Notes: generated by a model from the sequence alone, not told the origin. DNA of 64,000 nucleotides from Azolla caroliniana (GCA_043228905.1 JBHGNT010000022.1:10912001-10976000); one strand, 5' to 3'; shown: positions 27,610 through 40,993, counted from the first letter of the stretch. Numbers and translations are program-made.

Positions 27610-28683
27610 GATAGATAGATAGATAGATGTAGAGACACATTTATATTGCTTTGTTTATGGCCATTTTTATACCGGATTTTCGTCAGGTAAACTACATAAA
27701 TGCCCACGCCACTTCAACTCCAGTCGGTGATCTTGCCGAAGTGAATGCTTTGAGAAAGGTCTTTAAAGATCCGCAAGGAATCAAAATAAATTCCACAAAG
27801 GTAAAAAGAAATTTATAATGTAATGATGCAAGAATTTATTTATTTATTTTAATGTAATGATGCAAGAATTTATTTATTTATTTTAATGTAATGATGCAAG
27901 AATTTATTTGTCTATTTAAATATAATGATGCAAGAATTTATTTATTTATTTTAATATAATGATGAATTTCTTTTTTCTTATTAATGTAATGATACAAGAT
28001 TTTTTATTTTTTATTTTAAAATATAATGATGCAAGAATCTATTATTATTTTAATATAATGATGCAAGAATTTATTTATTTATTTTAACATAACGATGCAA
28101 GATTTTTATTTTTTTTATTTTTAAATATAATGATGCAAGAAATTTTTATTTATTTATTTTATTTTAAATATAATGATGCAAGAAAGTTTACTCGTAACAT
28201 TTGCCATCGACTCAAATGGTTTGTTTGGCTTTGGTAATTATCTTGCAGTCAATGATAGGGCATTGCTTAGGGGCTGCCGGAGGCCTTGAAGCCATAGCAA
28301 CGATTAAAGCTTTGACCACTGGTTATGTTCACCCTACGATAAACCAATTTGTATGTCACCATGTTGTAAACATTTTTTCAACTAGGAATTCCTATTTTTT
28401 ATTTATGTGATAAGATGGTAACTAGGAAATTCCCTTATGATACTGGTTGTCAGGACTTGGAACCGGCGGTAGAGTTCGATACAGTCGCAGGTGTCAAGCA
28501 AAAACACGAGATTAATGTTGGTAAGTAATATTCGTGAAATTTTGATGCATAGATAATGTGTTTTTTTTCTGTTTCAAAAATATGCTGATTGATTTTGCTG
28601 TATCTTGATATGTAGCAATATCAAACTCCTTTGGATTTGGAGGACATAATTCAGTGGTGGTATTTGCGCCTTTTCATGAGTGA
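24964..28683 (+). CDS. KASI: Plastid 3-oxoacyl-[ACP] synthase I, 475 aa; exons 24964-25084, 25756-26105, 26584-27015, 27393-27566, 27687-27800, 28249-28350, 28454-28520, 28616-28683
   Basis: All introns GT-AG and phase-consistent; 1428-nt open CDS. Ser-rich transit-peptide-like N-terminus, APKREKDPKKRVVITGMG, catalytic Cys (STACATSN), His (NAHATST), His (GHCLGAAG), terminal SNSFGFGGHN. Confidence 0.96.
25455..25710 (+). repeat. ~62-bp tandem repeat (~4 copies) in KASI intron 1
   Basis: Unit ~CGAGAATATTCTATCAAAAAACTATGCTTGGGAGTTATGGTTTCATG. Confidence 0.85.
27806..28185 (+). repeat. AT-rich minisatellite (~34 bp, ~11 copies) in KASI intron 5
   Basis: Repeated TAATGATGCAAGAATTTATTTATTTATTTT. 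Confidence 0.9.
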
Positions 28684-30167
28684 TTTTTGAAGTGCTCTCT
28701 TTTATTCCTAGTATTGTTCCATCTTTCCTATTCAAAGCCAATTCGGCAATTTGTTATTTCTGAATTGCGGGTGCAAATAATTACAAGTTGTAACGCATTT
28801 TCATGAGTTATTTTTGAAGTGCTCTCTTATATTCCTAGTATTGTTCCACCTTTGCAATTCAAAGCCAATTGGGCAATTTGTTATTTCTGAATTATGGATT
28901 GTGGATGAAAACGAGTTCCTAAGGTCAAAATATAGGGGTTATCCTCGGATTTTTGTTTGAGATTAACCATTGAAAAACATTTGAGATTAGCAACTGAGAA
29001 ACATGCGATCTTTTTGTTGCAACAATTGATGTATGTGTGTGCGGGTGTGTGCATTCTACTCTTATATTAACTTTTGAGATATGTAGGTGTGTGTGTAGCA
29101 AGTAGTAATCTAGTACATGTATATTTAAAAGTGAACAAATCCTTGGGCTTTATTAGCCAGCAAAGCATGGATCAGACATTATGTTGAAGGGGGTCAATGT
29201 ATATTTTGTTCATCACAATTTTTCAACAACCTTGACCTAGTTAGATGTCATATGAATGTAGACATGCCTATGATGGGTGTGACATAATAAAGGCATCTAC
29301 CAATGATGGGTGTGACATAATAATAAAGTCAAGTTTGGTACACAAGTGATTCTTACCCCTTGTGTGAATGTGCACATCTTCTCTCTCAACTTCTCCATTT
29401 CGCACCCCATTTCTTGTTTTTATTTCTCCTTGGACCATTTTCATTTGTATGTTTAAAACTTGTGTTGTCTTGTAACATGGATGATGCACTTTATCAACAT
29501 CAATATTTCCAAACATCCATGCTTGTGAATTGTCATTAGATTTTGATAGAAAAAGGCCCTCAAGTATATATGCATGAAATGTGGTTGGAAATAATGGGCT
29601 CCAAAAGAGCACATCGCAGAACGAGTCGAAAGCTACTAGTTCTATGGTGGTGCACAAAATGCTTCAAACCTTTTTGAGATTATCCAAAAGTACTATGATA
29701 CTTTCAACTAATGTTTTTAAAGACACTTTAGCTTTACCCTTCACTACTTAATAATAATGTATATGAAATATGTTTGTTACCTTAATAATAAATATAACTA
29801 GTTTAGGGAATCCATTGAAATCAATGTTGAGCTAATGTATTATAAACTCAAGAATAAGATTTCTCCTTCTGTCTTTCTCATAGAATAGATGATATTTCCA
29901 TACACACACACTCTCTACATATGGAAAAATGGTTTGGAACATGATTGTTGTTGGGAAAATAGGTCCCTCTTGATGGGAAGGAGAGCACAAGTTGGATCAA
30001 TTGGATACGAAGGAAAAGCAAATCCGGATCCGGATTCCGATCCAGATCAGCATTCGCATCGGATCTGGAGAGGCATCCAGAAAAGGCCACATATGTAAAT
30101 AGGTTTTTCTTGTGCTACGCCTATTTAGGCCAGATTTGTAAATAGTCCTAAGTTATATAAGTATAAA

Positions 30168-30836
30168 CATAGATTGACATATTCGCATTCGTCGGGTTTC
30201 CCATTCGAATGCAAACGAATACGAATACGAATGGGTGGTCAAGTATTCGTTTAACTCAAAAAAAAAAACAACTATGTCTTTTTACTTTCCTAGGATAAAA
30301 AAAGGAACTTGACAATAAATAGGGATAATAAAAGAGGGACTTGGGGATTTGACACTAAATTTTTGTAATAAATGTATAACTTATAAGTTATAAGTATGTA
30401 TTCGTTTTATTTTTAATAAATAAATAAAACAAAATAAAGGCTCATTAATTTCTCACTTTTTATTCCCTCAAAATTTATGGATATTTTTATTTTGATATTA
30501 AAAATAGTACTTCAAACTAATCATATTTGCAAGTAGAACTAAATTTTTATAATAAATGTATAACTTATGAGTTATAAGTATTCGTTTTTTAAAAATAAAT
30601 AAATTAATTAATTAATTAAAATAAGTTTCATAAACTCTCTTGACAGTAAAATCTATTAATGAATAATTGTTCTTTTCTTGGTGAAATAAATTTATTTAAA
30701 TAAATAAATAAATATTTTATATATATTTTGCAAAACGAATGGGTTTTTAATATTCTTGGGGCTATTTCATATTCTCGAATATTGAGAATATTGCGCATGG
30801 AGAATATCACGAATATCACGCATATGTCAATCTATG
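30168..30836. mobile_element. hAT-type MITE inside the copia LTR
   Basis: TIR CATAGATTGACATAT; 8-bp TSD AGTATAAA/AGGATAAA; CGAATA subterminal repeats; AT-rich interior. Confidence 0.88.
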
Positions 30837-31594
30837 AGGATAAAGATAACTAGGGCAAAACTTTATGTATAGAGTTATCGACAGTGCAATTGAGAGAGGA
30901 GAGAAGAAGTTGAGCATCTCTGTTGTAACCACTTATAGGTGAAGAAGACGAGCTCAAGATCGTTGCCTGCGAGTCTCATTGTATTGGCTCTCATAATGAA
31001 CTGTTCGGAGTTTGTGGGCTCTCGTGGTTTTTTACCTGGTTGGGGTTTTCCACGCTAATATCCTGTGTCACCGTGTAAGTGAATCATTTTTTATTTTTTG
31101 CTTTCTCTCCTTTGTACTTGAATCTTGGTTGTGGCCGAACCCCTATTCTAAATAAACTGGTATCAGAGTGAAGGTTCATTACCTTCAAGAGAAAGAAAAT
31201 GGAAGACACATTTGGGGGAATGTTCAAGCTAACTGAGTCCAAATACTCTGTGTGGAAGTCGAAGATGAGAGACATGTTGGTATGCAAAGATTTTTGGCTG
31301 TTGGTGCAATATGGGAAGACCAAGCCCAACAAGATCAATGCATCGACTTGGGAAGTCATGCATCTGAAGGTAGTGGCATACATAAGGTGTTTTATAGACA
31401 TGAGTTCTGTACAACAACTTCAATGAAGAAAACAAGGTGGACGTCCTTTGGGAGATGATCGACATTATGTTCGAGAACAAAAATGGCATCAACAGAGTCT
31501 CAGTTTTCAAGAAGATTGTGAGACTCCGGTATCAGGATGGCTCCAACATGGCGGAGCTCCTAAATGCCTTTCGGGGACTGATCAACCAAACCAC

Positions 31595-34500
31595 TGTTAG
31601 GATTTCAGTCCCTCTGGATGGGATATGAGAACTCGGCAACGTAGACATGGTGAGAATCGGATGATGAGTACCCGACAAGGAAGACCCGGTGAGAACCGGA
31701 TGACGCAGGCCCGATGAGAACCTCTCACCGGATGAAGGGACATATATGGAAATATGTTTCTGAGAGCCCATTGGGGCTATATCTGTAAATAGTCCTAAAG
31801 TTATATTAGTATAAATATGACCTAGGGCAAACAATGTAAGTGATTTTTATTGTCGTGTTGTCATTATTTGTTGTATAGAGTTATTGGTGTAACTGCTATA
31901 CAGAGCGCAACATAGAGAGAGAGAGAGATAGAGAGAAACAGAGTAAGTCCTTGTTGTAACCGCCGCCAGGCGAAGAGTGTGAGGACGAGGTCGCTACCTC
32001 CGTGTCCACCTGTTGTATTCCCCTCGACATAGTGATAGTTTGGAGTCTGTGGGCTCCCATGGTTTTTCCCGTTTAGGGTTTTCCACGTTAACATCTTGTG
32101 TACTCTCTTGTTACAGTGGGTTTTTGTGTATACATGCATCTATCTCCACATTCCCATTTCTGTGTTTGTAATTCTTAACGAAGTGATCTAAGTCTCGGTT
32201 ATGGCCGAAGACTATTCTGTATATTCTCGTTAATCTGGTATTAGAGCGAAACGACACAGAAAAGGGAAGATTCATTTGGCGGCATGTTCAAGCTCACTGG
32301 CTCCAACTACTCAATGTGGAAGTCAAAGATGAGGGACATGCTCGTGCTTAAAGATCCTTGGTTGCCGGTTCAGTTCGGGGACAAGAGACCGGATAAGATC
32401 GACGTCACGGTGTGGGAGGTAATGCACATGAAGATGACGGCATACATCTGGTGCTTCATCAACATGAGCCTGTACAACAACTTCAATGAAGAGAGTAAGG
32501 CTCATGAGCTTTGGGAGAAGATTAACATTATGTTTCAGAACAAAGATGCTGTCAATCGGGTTTCGGTATTCCGGAAGCTAGTAAGACTCTGGTACCAAGA
32601 TGACTCTAGCATGGCGGAGCACATGAATGCCTTCCAGGGGCTGATTCACCAGGCAAAATCGTTGGAAGTATCTATCGCCGATGAGGTACTAACACTGCTC
32701 CTGCTCAGTTCCCTCCCAGATAGTTGGGAGACGTTGGTTGTCACTTTGGGCAACGCCGGGCCGGAAGGAAAATAGTTATCCCTAGTAAGAGTCAAGTTGA
32801 GCTTGCTAGATGAGGAGGCGCGTTAGAAAGACAAGGATACGAGCTCCGACTCCAAAGCGCTCCTTACCGAATCGGAACGCGGAAGACAAAGGAATCAGAG
32901 TCCCTAGAACCGGGAAAAGTCGAGGACACGGTCAAAGTCAAGGGGGAGGCCCACTTGCTTCTATTGTGGCAAGCCGAGGCACTTCCAGAAGAACTGTCGG
33001 CATTTCCGAAAAGACAAGGGAACCAACAGTACCGATTCGAAGAAGTCACCGAACTGAAACGGTTCGAATCGGCGAGGACCGGATCAGAAGGGAACGACGG
33101 CAATCGCGGCTAGTGAAGAGGAGTTGATGCTCATCACTGAGGAGAGTGATTTTAACCTTGCCGTCGACGAGACAACGTGGGTTGTCGACTCCGGAGCGTC
33201 GTTCCACCTTACCCCGGACCGGAAATGCTTCTCATCCTACACAGCCGGTGAGCACAACTGTGTCTGGATGTGCTATTGACGACATTAACCGGATGCAAGT
33301 TGCTGCTGAAGGATGTCCGACATGTTCCGAAGGTTTGACTGAACCTAATATCAGCCGGTCGGCTAGATGATGAAGGCTACACCGATAGCATTCAGAATGG
33401 TGTCATGAAGTTCTGCAAAGGGAGCTTAATAGTGGCTCGAGCCCGGAAGGTCAACACACTGTACTTGATGAATGCCCGGATATGCCGGGGAGAAGTGAAT
33501 GTAGCATCCGACACTACCAGAAGTTCGACTCCTTCATGACCGATCAAGGGTACCACAAGATGCAAGTGGAGACTTCCTGATACTTCTCCTGTACATGGAC
33601 GACATGTTGATCGTCGGACGAGACCAAGTCAAAATACAGATGCTGAAGAAGGCTCTGAACTAGACCTTCTTAATGAAAGACTTGGGTCTGGCAAGACAAA
33701 TACTAGGGATGCATATCATCCGGGACCGGTCAAAGAAGCAATTGTGGCTGTCACAGGAGAAGTACGTGACAAAGGTGCTTCAGCAGTTCAACATGTCAGA
33801 TGCGAAACTGGTCGGATCGACACTCCCGGCAAACTGTAGGTTATCCGGTAAGCAAAGCCCGAAGACGAAGACAGAGAAGGCGGATATGATGAAGATACCA
33901 TATGCCTCTACTGTCGGGAGCTTAATGTACGCAATGGTGTGTACCCGACCGGATATCGTAGGGGGAGTGGTGAGTCGGTTTATGACATATGTAGGGGGAG
34001 TTGTTTCGTGGCAGTCGAGGTTGCAAAAGACGGTTGCGTTGTCAACCACGGAGGTGGAGTACATGGCGGCTATGGAAGCCGGCAAGGAAATACTATGGAT
34101 GAAGGACTTCATCGAAGAGCTAGGGATCCAGCAAGAGGAATACCGGCTCTATTGCGACAGTCAAAGTGCCATCCACCTTGCGAAGGACGCAACATATCAT
34201 TCCAGGACGAAGCACATGCAACAGAGGTACCACTAGATCTGGGAGTGAGTGGAAGATCGAGAGTTCGTGCTGACGAAGATCCACACGAAGGAGAATGGGT
34301 CAGATATGCTGACCAAAGTGCTGATGCCTGACAAGCTGGATGCATGCCAGAAGTGAATTGGACTAACCAGACATCCCATGCCGGAGTGAAGGGGGAGTTT
34401 GTTAGGATTTCGGTCCCTCCAAATGGGATATGAGAACCCGGTAACGCAGACCCGTTGAGAACCTCTCACCGGATGAAGGGACATATATGGAAATATGTTT

Positions 34501-34969
34501 CTGAGAGCCCATTGGGGCTATATCTGTAAATAGTCCTAAAGTCATATGAGTATAAATATGACCTAGGGCAAACAATGTAAGTGATTTTTATTGTCGTGTT
34601 GTCATTATTTGTTGTATAGAGTTATTGGTGTAACTGCTATACAGAGCATAACATAGAGAGAGAGAGAGAGAGAAACAGAGTAAGTCCCTATTGTAACCGC
34701 CGCCAGGCGAAGAGTGTGAGGACGAGGTCGCTACCTCTGTGTCCACCTGTTGTATTCCCCTCGACATCGTGATAGTTTGGAGTCTGTGGGCTCCCGTGGT
34801 TTTTCCCGTTTAGGGTTTTCCACGTTGACATCTTGTGTACTCTCTTGTTACAGTGGTTTTTTGTGTATATGTGCATCTATCTCCACATTCCCATTTTTGT
34901 GTTTGTAATTCTTAACGAAGTGATCTACGTCTCGGTTGTGGCCGAAGACTATTCCGCATATTCTCGTCA
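31595..34969 (+). mobile_element. Structurally complete but internally deleted copia element nested in gag of a related element
   Basis: LTRs 31595-32232 and 34400-34969; perfect TSD ACCAC; PBS TGGTATTAGAGC at 32236; PPT GAAGGGGGAG. gag, PR, RT C-terminus and RNase H present; integrase and RT N-half missing (deletion ~33520). Confidence 0.95.
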
Positions 34970-36960
34970 ACCACCTCCTTGGAAGTACCTCTAGCCGATG
35001 ATGTACTAACACTATTATTATTAGGATCTCTTTCAAACAATTGGGAGACGCTCGCTGTCACACTGGGCAATGCCGGACCGGAAGGGAAGCACTGATCCCG
35101 GGAGAAGGTGAAGTCGAGCTTGTTGAATGAAGAATCTCACCGGAAGGACAGAGAGTCTGGAACCTACCCAAAGGCCTTAGTCACGGAAGGTGACATGAAT
35201 CGAGGAAGAGGCCGAAATAGAAGCCCCAAGAGTCGGGAGAAGTCCAGACCGAGGTTGAAGTCGAAGGGAGGACCCACATGCTTCTATTGTGGGAAGTTGG
35301 GATACTTCCAGAAAAATTACCGACACTACCGGAAGGACAAAGGGGGAGTTGATGGTGTAGAGCCGAAGAAAATCCCGGATAGAAAGAACACCTTAGCAAT
35401 CACTGTGAGTGAAGAGGAGTTGTTGTTCATTAGTGAACAAAATGAAGTCAACCTTGTTAGCGAAGAATCAATATGGGTGGTCGATTTCGGTGCATCATTT
35501 CACCTGACCCCAAACAGATGATGCTTCTCATCATACAAGGCCGGAGATCACGAATATGTGAAGATGGGAAATGACGGCGCATGCAAAATAGTCGGAATCG
35601 GAGATGTACATTTGCTGACATCGACAGGCTATAGAATGGTGCGCAAAGATGTACGCTATGTTCCGAACATCATATTGAATCTGATATCGACTAGACGGTT
35701 CGATGAAGAAGGCTATAGTGGTACCTTCCGAAACAACACTTGGAAATTCTGCAAGGGAAGTCTAATCGTGGCTCGTGCTTGAAAACGAAGTACTCTATAT
35801 GTGTTGCAATCACGACTGAACCGGAACCAGGTAAATGTGGCAACCAACATAGTCGAAGAGTTGTGGCATAAGAGGCTATGTCACATGATCCAGAAAGGAA
35901 TGCAGATGCTAGTAGGAAAAGAACTCCTACTGGAGATGAAGAAAGTGCATCTAGACAAATGCCCTAACTGCCTATCCGGAAAACAGAATGGAGCCGCCTT
36001 TCGCCCTAGACCTCCGATAAGAAGAAAGAGCGATTTGAAACTTGTGCATACAGATGTATGGCAAGTGGATGCAAAGTCACATGCCGGTGCACAATATTTT
36101 GTGGCCTTCATAGATGATTATATCCAAAAGTTATGGGTCTCCACACTGAAGACAAAGGACTAGGTGTTGTCTTTCTTGAAAGAGTTCCAGGGAAGAGCGG
36201 AGAGAGAATCTGGATAGAAGTTGAAGGCTATCTAGATGAACAACGAAGGAGAATACAAAGGGTAGTTTGAGGAATACTGTCGTTCTCAAGGAATCCGGCT
36301 AGAATACATAGTGTCAAAGACCCTGAAGCTAAATGGCATGACCGAGACAATGAACCGGACTGTGATGGAGAGAGTTTGATGGATGTTGTCACACTAAAAA
36401 TTACCGAAGGCATATTGGGTTGAGGCTTTGAAGAGGGTTGTTTATGTGATAAACATGTCTCCCTCAGTCCCATTAGAAGGTGATATCCCACAAAGGGTGT
36501 GGACGGGGAAAGACGTGTCGTACCAACATCTGAGGGTGTTCGACTGCCTACCATATGTACACATTGCTAAGGACCAGAGAGGAAAATTAGATCCAAAGGG
36601 CAAGCCATGTATCTTCTTGGGATACGAAGAAGAGGAATTTGGGTATCAGCTATGGAACCTGATTGACAAGAAGGTCATTCGGAGCCGAGACATAGTGTTC
36701 TTGGAGGAAAAGACTATTGCCAATTAGGAGAAGGAGAAGACTAGTCGGAAGTTGATTACCAATTGAAGAACAAGGAGAGCCGACCAGATCCAAATAGGGA
36801 GTCAGTTCGGTCGAAGACCATTCGGGAGTCGGATCCGGAGCCGGATCGACTAGAAGGCACTCGGTCAGATTCGAAGAGGAAGGAGTAGTCGACTCTGAAT
36901 CGAACAATGAACCAGCCAAAGGAGAAGAGGAAGGACCTAGGGGGCTGAGGATTTTGGTAT

Positions 36961-38056
36961 GATTCATGCGTACGTGGGTTCCGATCTTGTCCTTGGCATT
37001 TGTAGTTGTTGTTCTGAATGTCTTTCAAAAAGTCGATTATCGCATCACACCACTCAATTTATTGCCTCCGTGAGAGACTTCGGTTCTTTAGGGAAAGTCA
37101 GGAGTAAATCTTTGACATCATTTCGTAAGCCAAACTAGAACTGCTCCATCAATGGTTGGTCGTCCTAGGTGATATCAGTTGCAAGTAGATGAAAATCCGC
37201 AGCATAAGCTGAGGCCGGACGATCTCCTTGACGCAATCTTCAAATATTATTGATTGTTGTCCTAACACTATCGGTATCTCCAAAACATGCTTTAAACTCA
37301 CTAATAAACTCCTCGAAACTATTTAGTAAGGAGATCCTTTTTCTAACAAAGGGGTGAACCATGCTAACGTTGTTGTACCACTAAGTAATGTGCCTACAAG
37401 CCCCATTTGTGATGCATCAATGGGATATTGAGAAGGATGCATTTGAATCACCAAGCATACCTAATTAAGGAACCCTCTGAACTGTGATCACGTTCCATCA
37501 AATTTCATGGGAAGACAAATTTTGGGTTCTTTAGGAATGACACGATAATTGCTTTCAGTTGTTGCACTTGTAATGCCAACTCCCTGTATTGTTGTTGCGT
37601 TTATTGCTTTTCTAAAGTGATTTGTTGAAGATCCCCCAACAAACATTGATTTTCTTGTTCCAATTCTATGAACTTTTCATTCAAGCACTGAAGCTCCGAA
37701 AAGACGGATTGGTATTCTTGTGTGCTTACAATTGTCATTTTAACACTAGAGGAAGGATTGATAAGAAGATTAATATTAGAGTAAGGGAGGATAAGAAGGA
37801 AAATTTGGTTCAAACTGTCAGGAGTAGTAATAGAGACAAAGAGGATTAGTACTAGAGATAAAGTAAAAGAGAGAGAGTACTATCAGAATAAAGAAGCTAA
37901 CTAGACTGGTTTTGATCTCTTATGTAAAAGAGATCAAAACCAGTCTAGAGATAAAGTAAAAGAGAGAGAGTAAGAAGTAAGAAGCTAACTAGACTGGTTT
38001 TGATCTCTTATGTAAATTTCACAATCTCTATCAGCTAGGGTTTTCTTTTGACTGAC
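36961..38056 (-). mobile_element. Ty3/gypsy (Tcn1/Tf-like) LTR plus gag fragment
   Basis: Minus-strand gag relics (PKICLPMKFDG, LRQGDRPASAYAADF, FGLRNDVKD); putative LTR 38056-37816 with TGTCAG...CTGACA termini. Confidence 0.7.
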
Positions 38057-38499
38057 AGCCGCCATTTTCTTTTGACTGACTTCATCAGATGGTTGCCTAA
38101 TCATGTCATCATCAAATAATAATTTATTGCCTTTATGAGGGTAGGTGATAACAGGGACTTGGGTGGTCTCAATGGGGGAGCTTTGATATTTAATTCAAAT
38201 TTTTTTAATTGGTCTCTCCTCTTGAGGTTCAATAGACCTATTATTAAAACAACATAAATATCAATGTTACTCTAAGGAGTAAGTAATTGGGCGCTTAAAA
38301 GAGTGAAAGAAGAGGGTAGAAGGGAAAAAAAGGCCATAAAACCTATACTTTAGCTTCTCCAATGACCCTCAACCCTATAAAAAATCTACCATTTTTTGCA
38401 CTAAAGTTTCTTTTTAATATAGCTAATCAGACATAATTTCAAGGAATTTCAAGACTAAAATACAACTATGGACCACCTAGACATGAGTTAAATTGTCTA

Positions 38500-38795
38500 A
38501 ATAGGTGTATCGAGTTGGCACATTGTGCCTCTAAGGCACATATGAGCCTCAACTCGATAGATCGTATTGATTTGTTAGCTCAACTCAACACAATGTATTG
38601 AATTTTGAGCTCAACTCAGTACAATGTATCGAGTTGAGGGTCATTTGTGCTTCTATTTATATCAACTCGCTACAATGTATCGAGTTGATACAAGTAGATG
38701 CACATATGAGCCCCAACTCGATACAACAACAACTCGATACATGTATCGAGTTGTTGCCTTGACAAGCACCAACTCGATACAGTGCATCGAGTGAC
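38500..38795. repeat. Array of palindromic CAACTCGATAC(A)/TGTATCGAGTTG motifs (probable subterminal repeats)
   Basis: About 10 copies in both orientations, e.g. CAACTCGATACATGTATCGAGTTG; lies directly upstream of the transposase relic. Confidence 0.75.
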
Positions 38796-38959
38796 AACAT
38801 CCCTTTAGAACTTATATAGAATATGTCCATACAGTTTAGGGTTCAAGCTTACCTAGAGTCGATCCTTGATGTCTTTTTGCTCGACATTTCTGGGTGATGG
38901 TGGCTAAGGTGTTTCTGAGTTGCTCTGTGTAGGTTTGTGTGTTCTGTGGTTGTATGTGT

Positions 38960-40900
38960 TCTAGTCTTCTCTGGATGAAGGACTACTTTAAACTTAATTG
39001 TGAAGTAATGCCAACAATAGGTAGGTTGCATCTCTCTGATAATTACACACGAAGAGAAATTTATGATGCCTATAGATCAGAGATGTGTACATCAAGCGAT
39101 AAGTATGTTACCTATAGACAGTTCACAGGATTGTGGTCAACATAGTTTAGTAACGTTATTATACCTCGAAAAGTACGCATGAGGTATTGTTCAATATGTG
39201 CAAACCTGAAGAGCATGGCTAAAGGTGCAAAGACAAAAAAGGAGAATGACATCAATAGAAAATTGTTACAAGAACATCGAGAAGCCCAAGCATTGGAGCA
39301 GAAGAAAACAATGCACCATAGGGAGAAGTCATTGAAGAAACTGGAACAATACATGTGTCTAATGATTGATGGTATGGACGAAAAGAAGACATGGCTACCT
39401 CACCTTAGAAGGCTTCCTAAAGATATCAATGATGAATGTCTCATTCAAATGCACTTGATGGGTTGTTTGGTTTATAATGGGATGGTTTAACCTCACGTGT
39501 TCATTACTTACCCAAATATCCACAATGACCCCAATTTAACAATCATTGTAATTCAATGGGTTTTGATGTGTTGGGGGCACCCCTTGCCCCCTCTTCTCTA
39601 CATTCAATTGGACAATACTACTAGGGAGAACAAGAATTCAACAGTCTTCGGATATTTGAGTATGTTTGTGAACCAGGGAATTTTAAGGAAAGTTAAAGTT
39701 AACTTCCTTTTGGTTGGTCACACACATGACCATATTGATCAGATGTTAAGTACATTCTCCAGATAGTTGTCATGATATGATGCTTTCACATTACCAAAGC
39801 TATGGGACATCATTTGTGATGCATACACGCCACGTCCAAACATACACCACTTAAAGGAGATATATTTCAGATGGTGGTGAGGGAAATCACATTTTCTTGA
39901 TAAAGAGAAATGATATTAGTGGTTGTACGTTGTTGTATGCGAAGTAGTATTCATCTTCCCCGTGATGGAAGCTAGACCACAATTGTCAGTTTCTGCTTCA
40001 TAGGCCATGTACTATTGTTTATGGTGCATTTGAAACAAATGTTGATTGAGACTAAAAAGGAATTGCACAATGAGTTGGTAGATCAACAAAATGATTTTTG
40101 GATGCAAGACTTACAAGACAAACGAAAGCACATCGATAATGCACAGAAGTATGCTGGAGAACAAGATACCTCATGGTGGGATGTGTTCTTTAATGATCAA
40201 CAAGAAATTGTTGATAATTGTATCGCCGGTAGCTGAACCTTGCAAATCCCCTTTATGTGGTCTATACAACACTCTCGTGATTCTCAATCTCCACTTCCTG
40301 CACTTGATGCAATTCATGACAGCTTGCTCCATCCACAACAAAGAGACATTTATGTTGGACTAAGGATGACAAATGCAGTTGAAGCCAGGTGGCAAGGAAA
40401 CTTGCAAGAACTCAAGGTGGGGATGTTAATTGCTACACTTGTTGATGATAATGAACTAGGGCACCGATTTTAGATTGGTAAGGTTTTGGACGTGGTGATG
40501 CATGATAACCAAAATCATATCCGGTCTATAAAGGTGCATTAGTACAACACTAGAAGCAAAAATAAATTTACAGGCAAGTATTCATTAGAGATGATGGAAT
40601 GCCCAAGGTCAAGAGGAAATAGAAAGAGGAAAAGAAACATTCATAACCTCATTCCTTGACATTATTGAGGTGGATATCATTGTGTATGCTTTTATACTGA
40701 CAAAAGTTGGACGTTTAAGGAAGTCAACGATAGACATAATAAAGGAGAAATTACTGATTCTACTAGGGGTCTCAGATCGAAGGTGAACAAGATCTTCAAC
40801 ACATAATTTAGAGTCACACCATCTAGTTTTAGATGAAGACAATGCTTTCATAGGTACATTTGAAGATGATGAAGAACAATCACCCTTGTATATTAGTTAT
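38960..40900 (+). pseudogene. Degenerate Sola1-like (DDD, RNase H-fold) transposase
   Basis: YCSICA; CLMIDGMD; LYIQLDNTTRENKN; FLLVGHTHDHIDQMLS; multiple stops. Confidence 0.7.
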
Positions 40901-40993
40901 AGTAGTGTTTCTAGATCATGAAAGGAGTGATTTCAGTGGTACAAATAACTCCTGAATGTAGTTTTGGTATCAAATTGTAACAAATTTAAGTTT

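Larger units (their letters stand above)
29949..36960 (+). mobile_element. Ty1/copia element (Tnt1/Tork-like, host copy): LTR-PBS-gag-PR-IN, 3'-truncated, with two nested insertions
   Basis: LTR 29949-~31155, PBS TGGTATCAGAG 31158-31168. gag 31199-31594 resumes at 34975; knuckle CFYCG; protease WVVDFGASFH; LWHKRLCH; LVHTDVW; KLDPKGKPCIFLGY. Confidence 0.88.

Noticed and set aside
38500-38795. CRISPR-like array
   Set aside because: Eukaryotic context, irregular spacing, mixed orientation, non-unique spacers, no cas genes.
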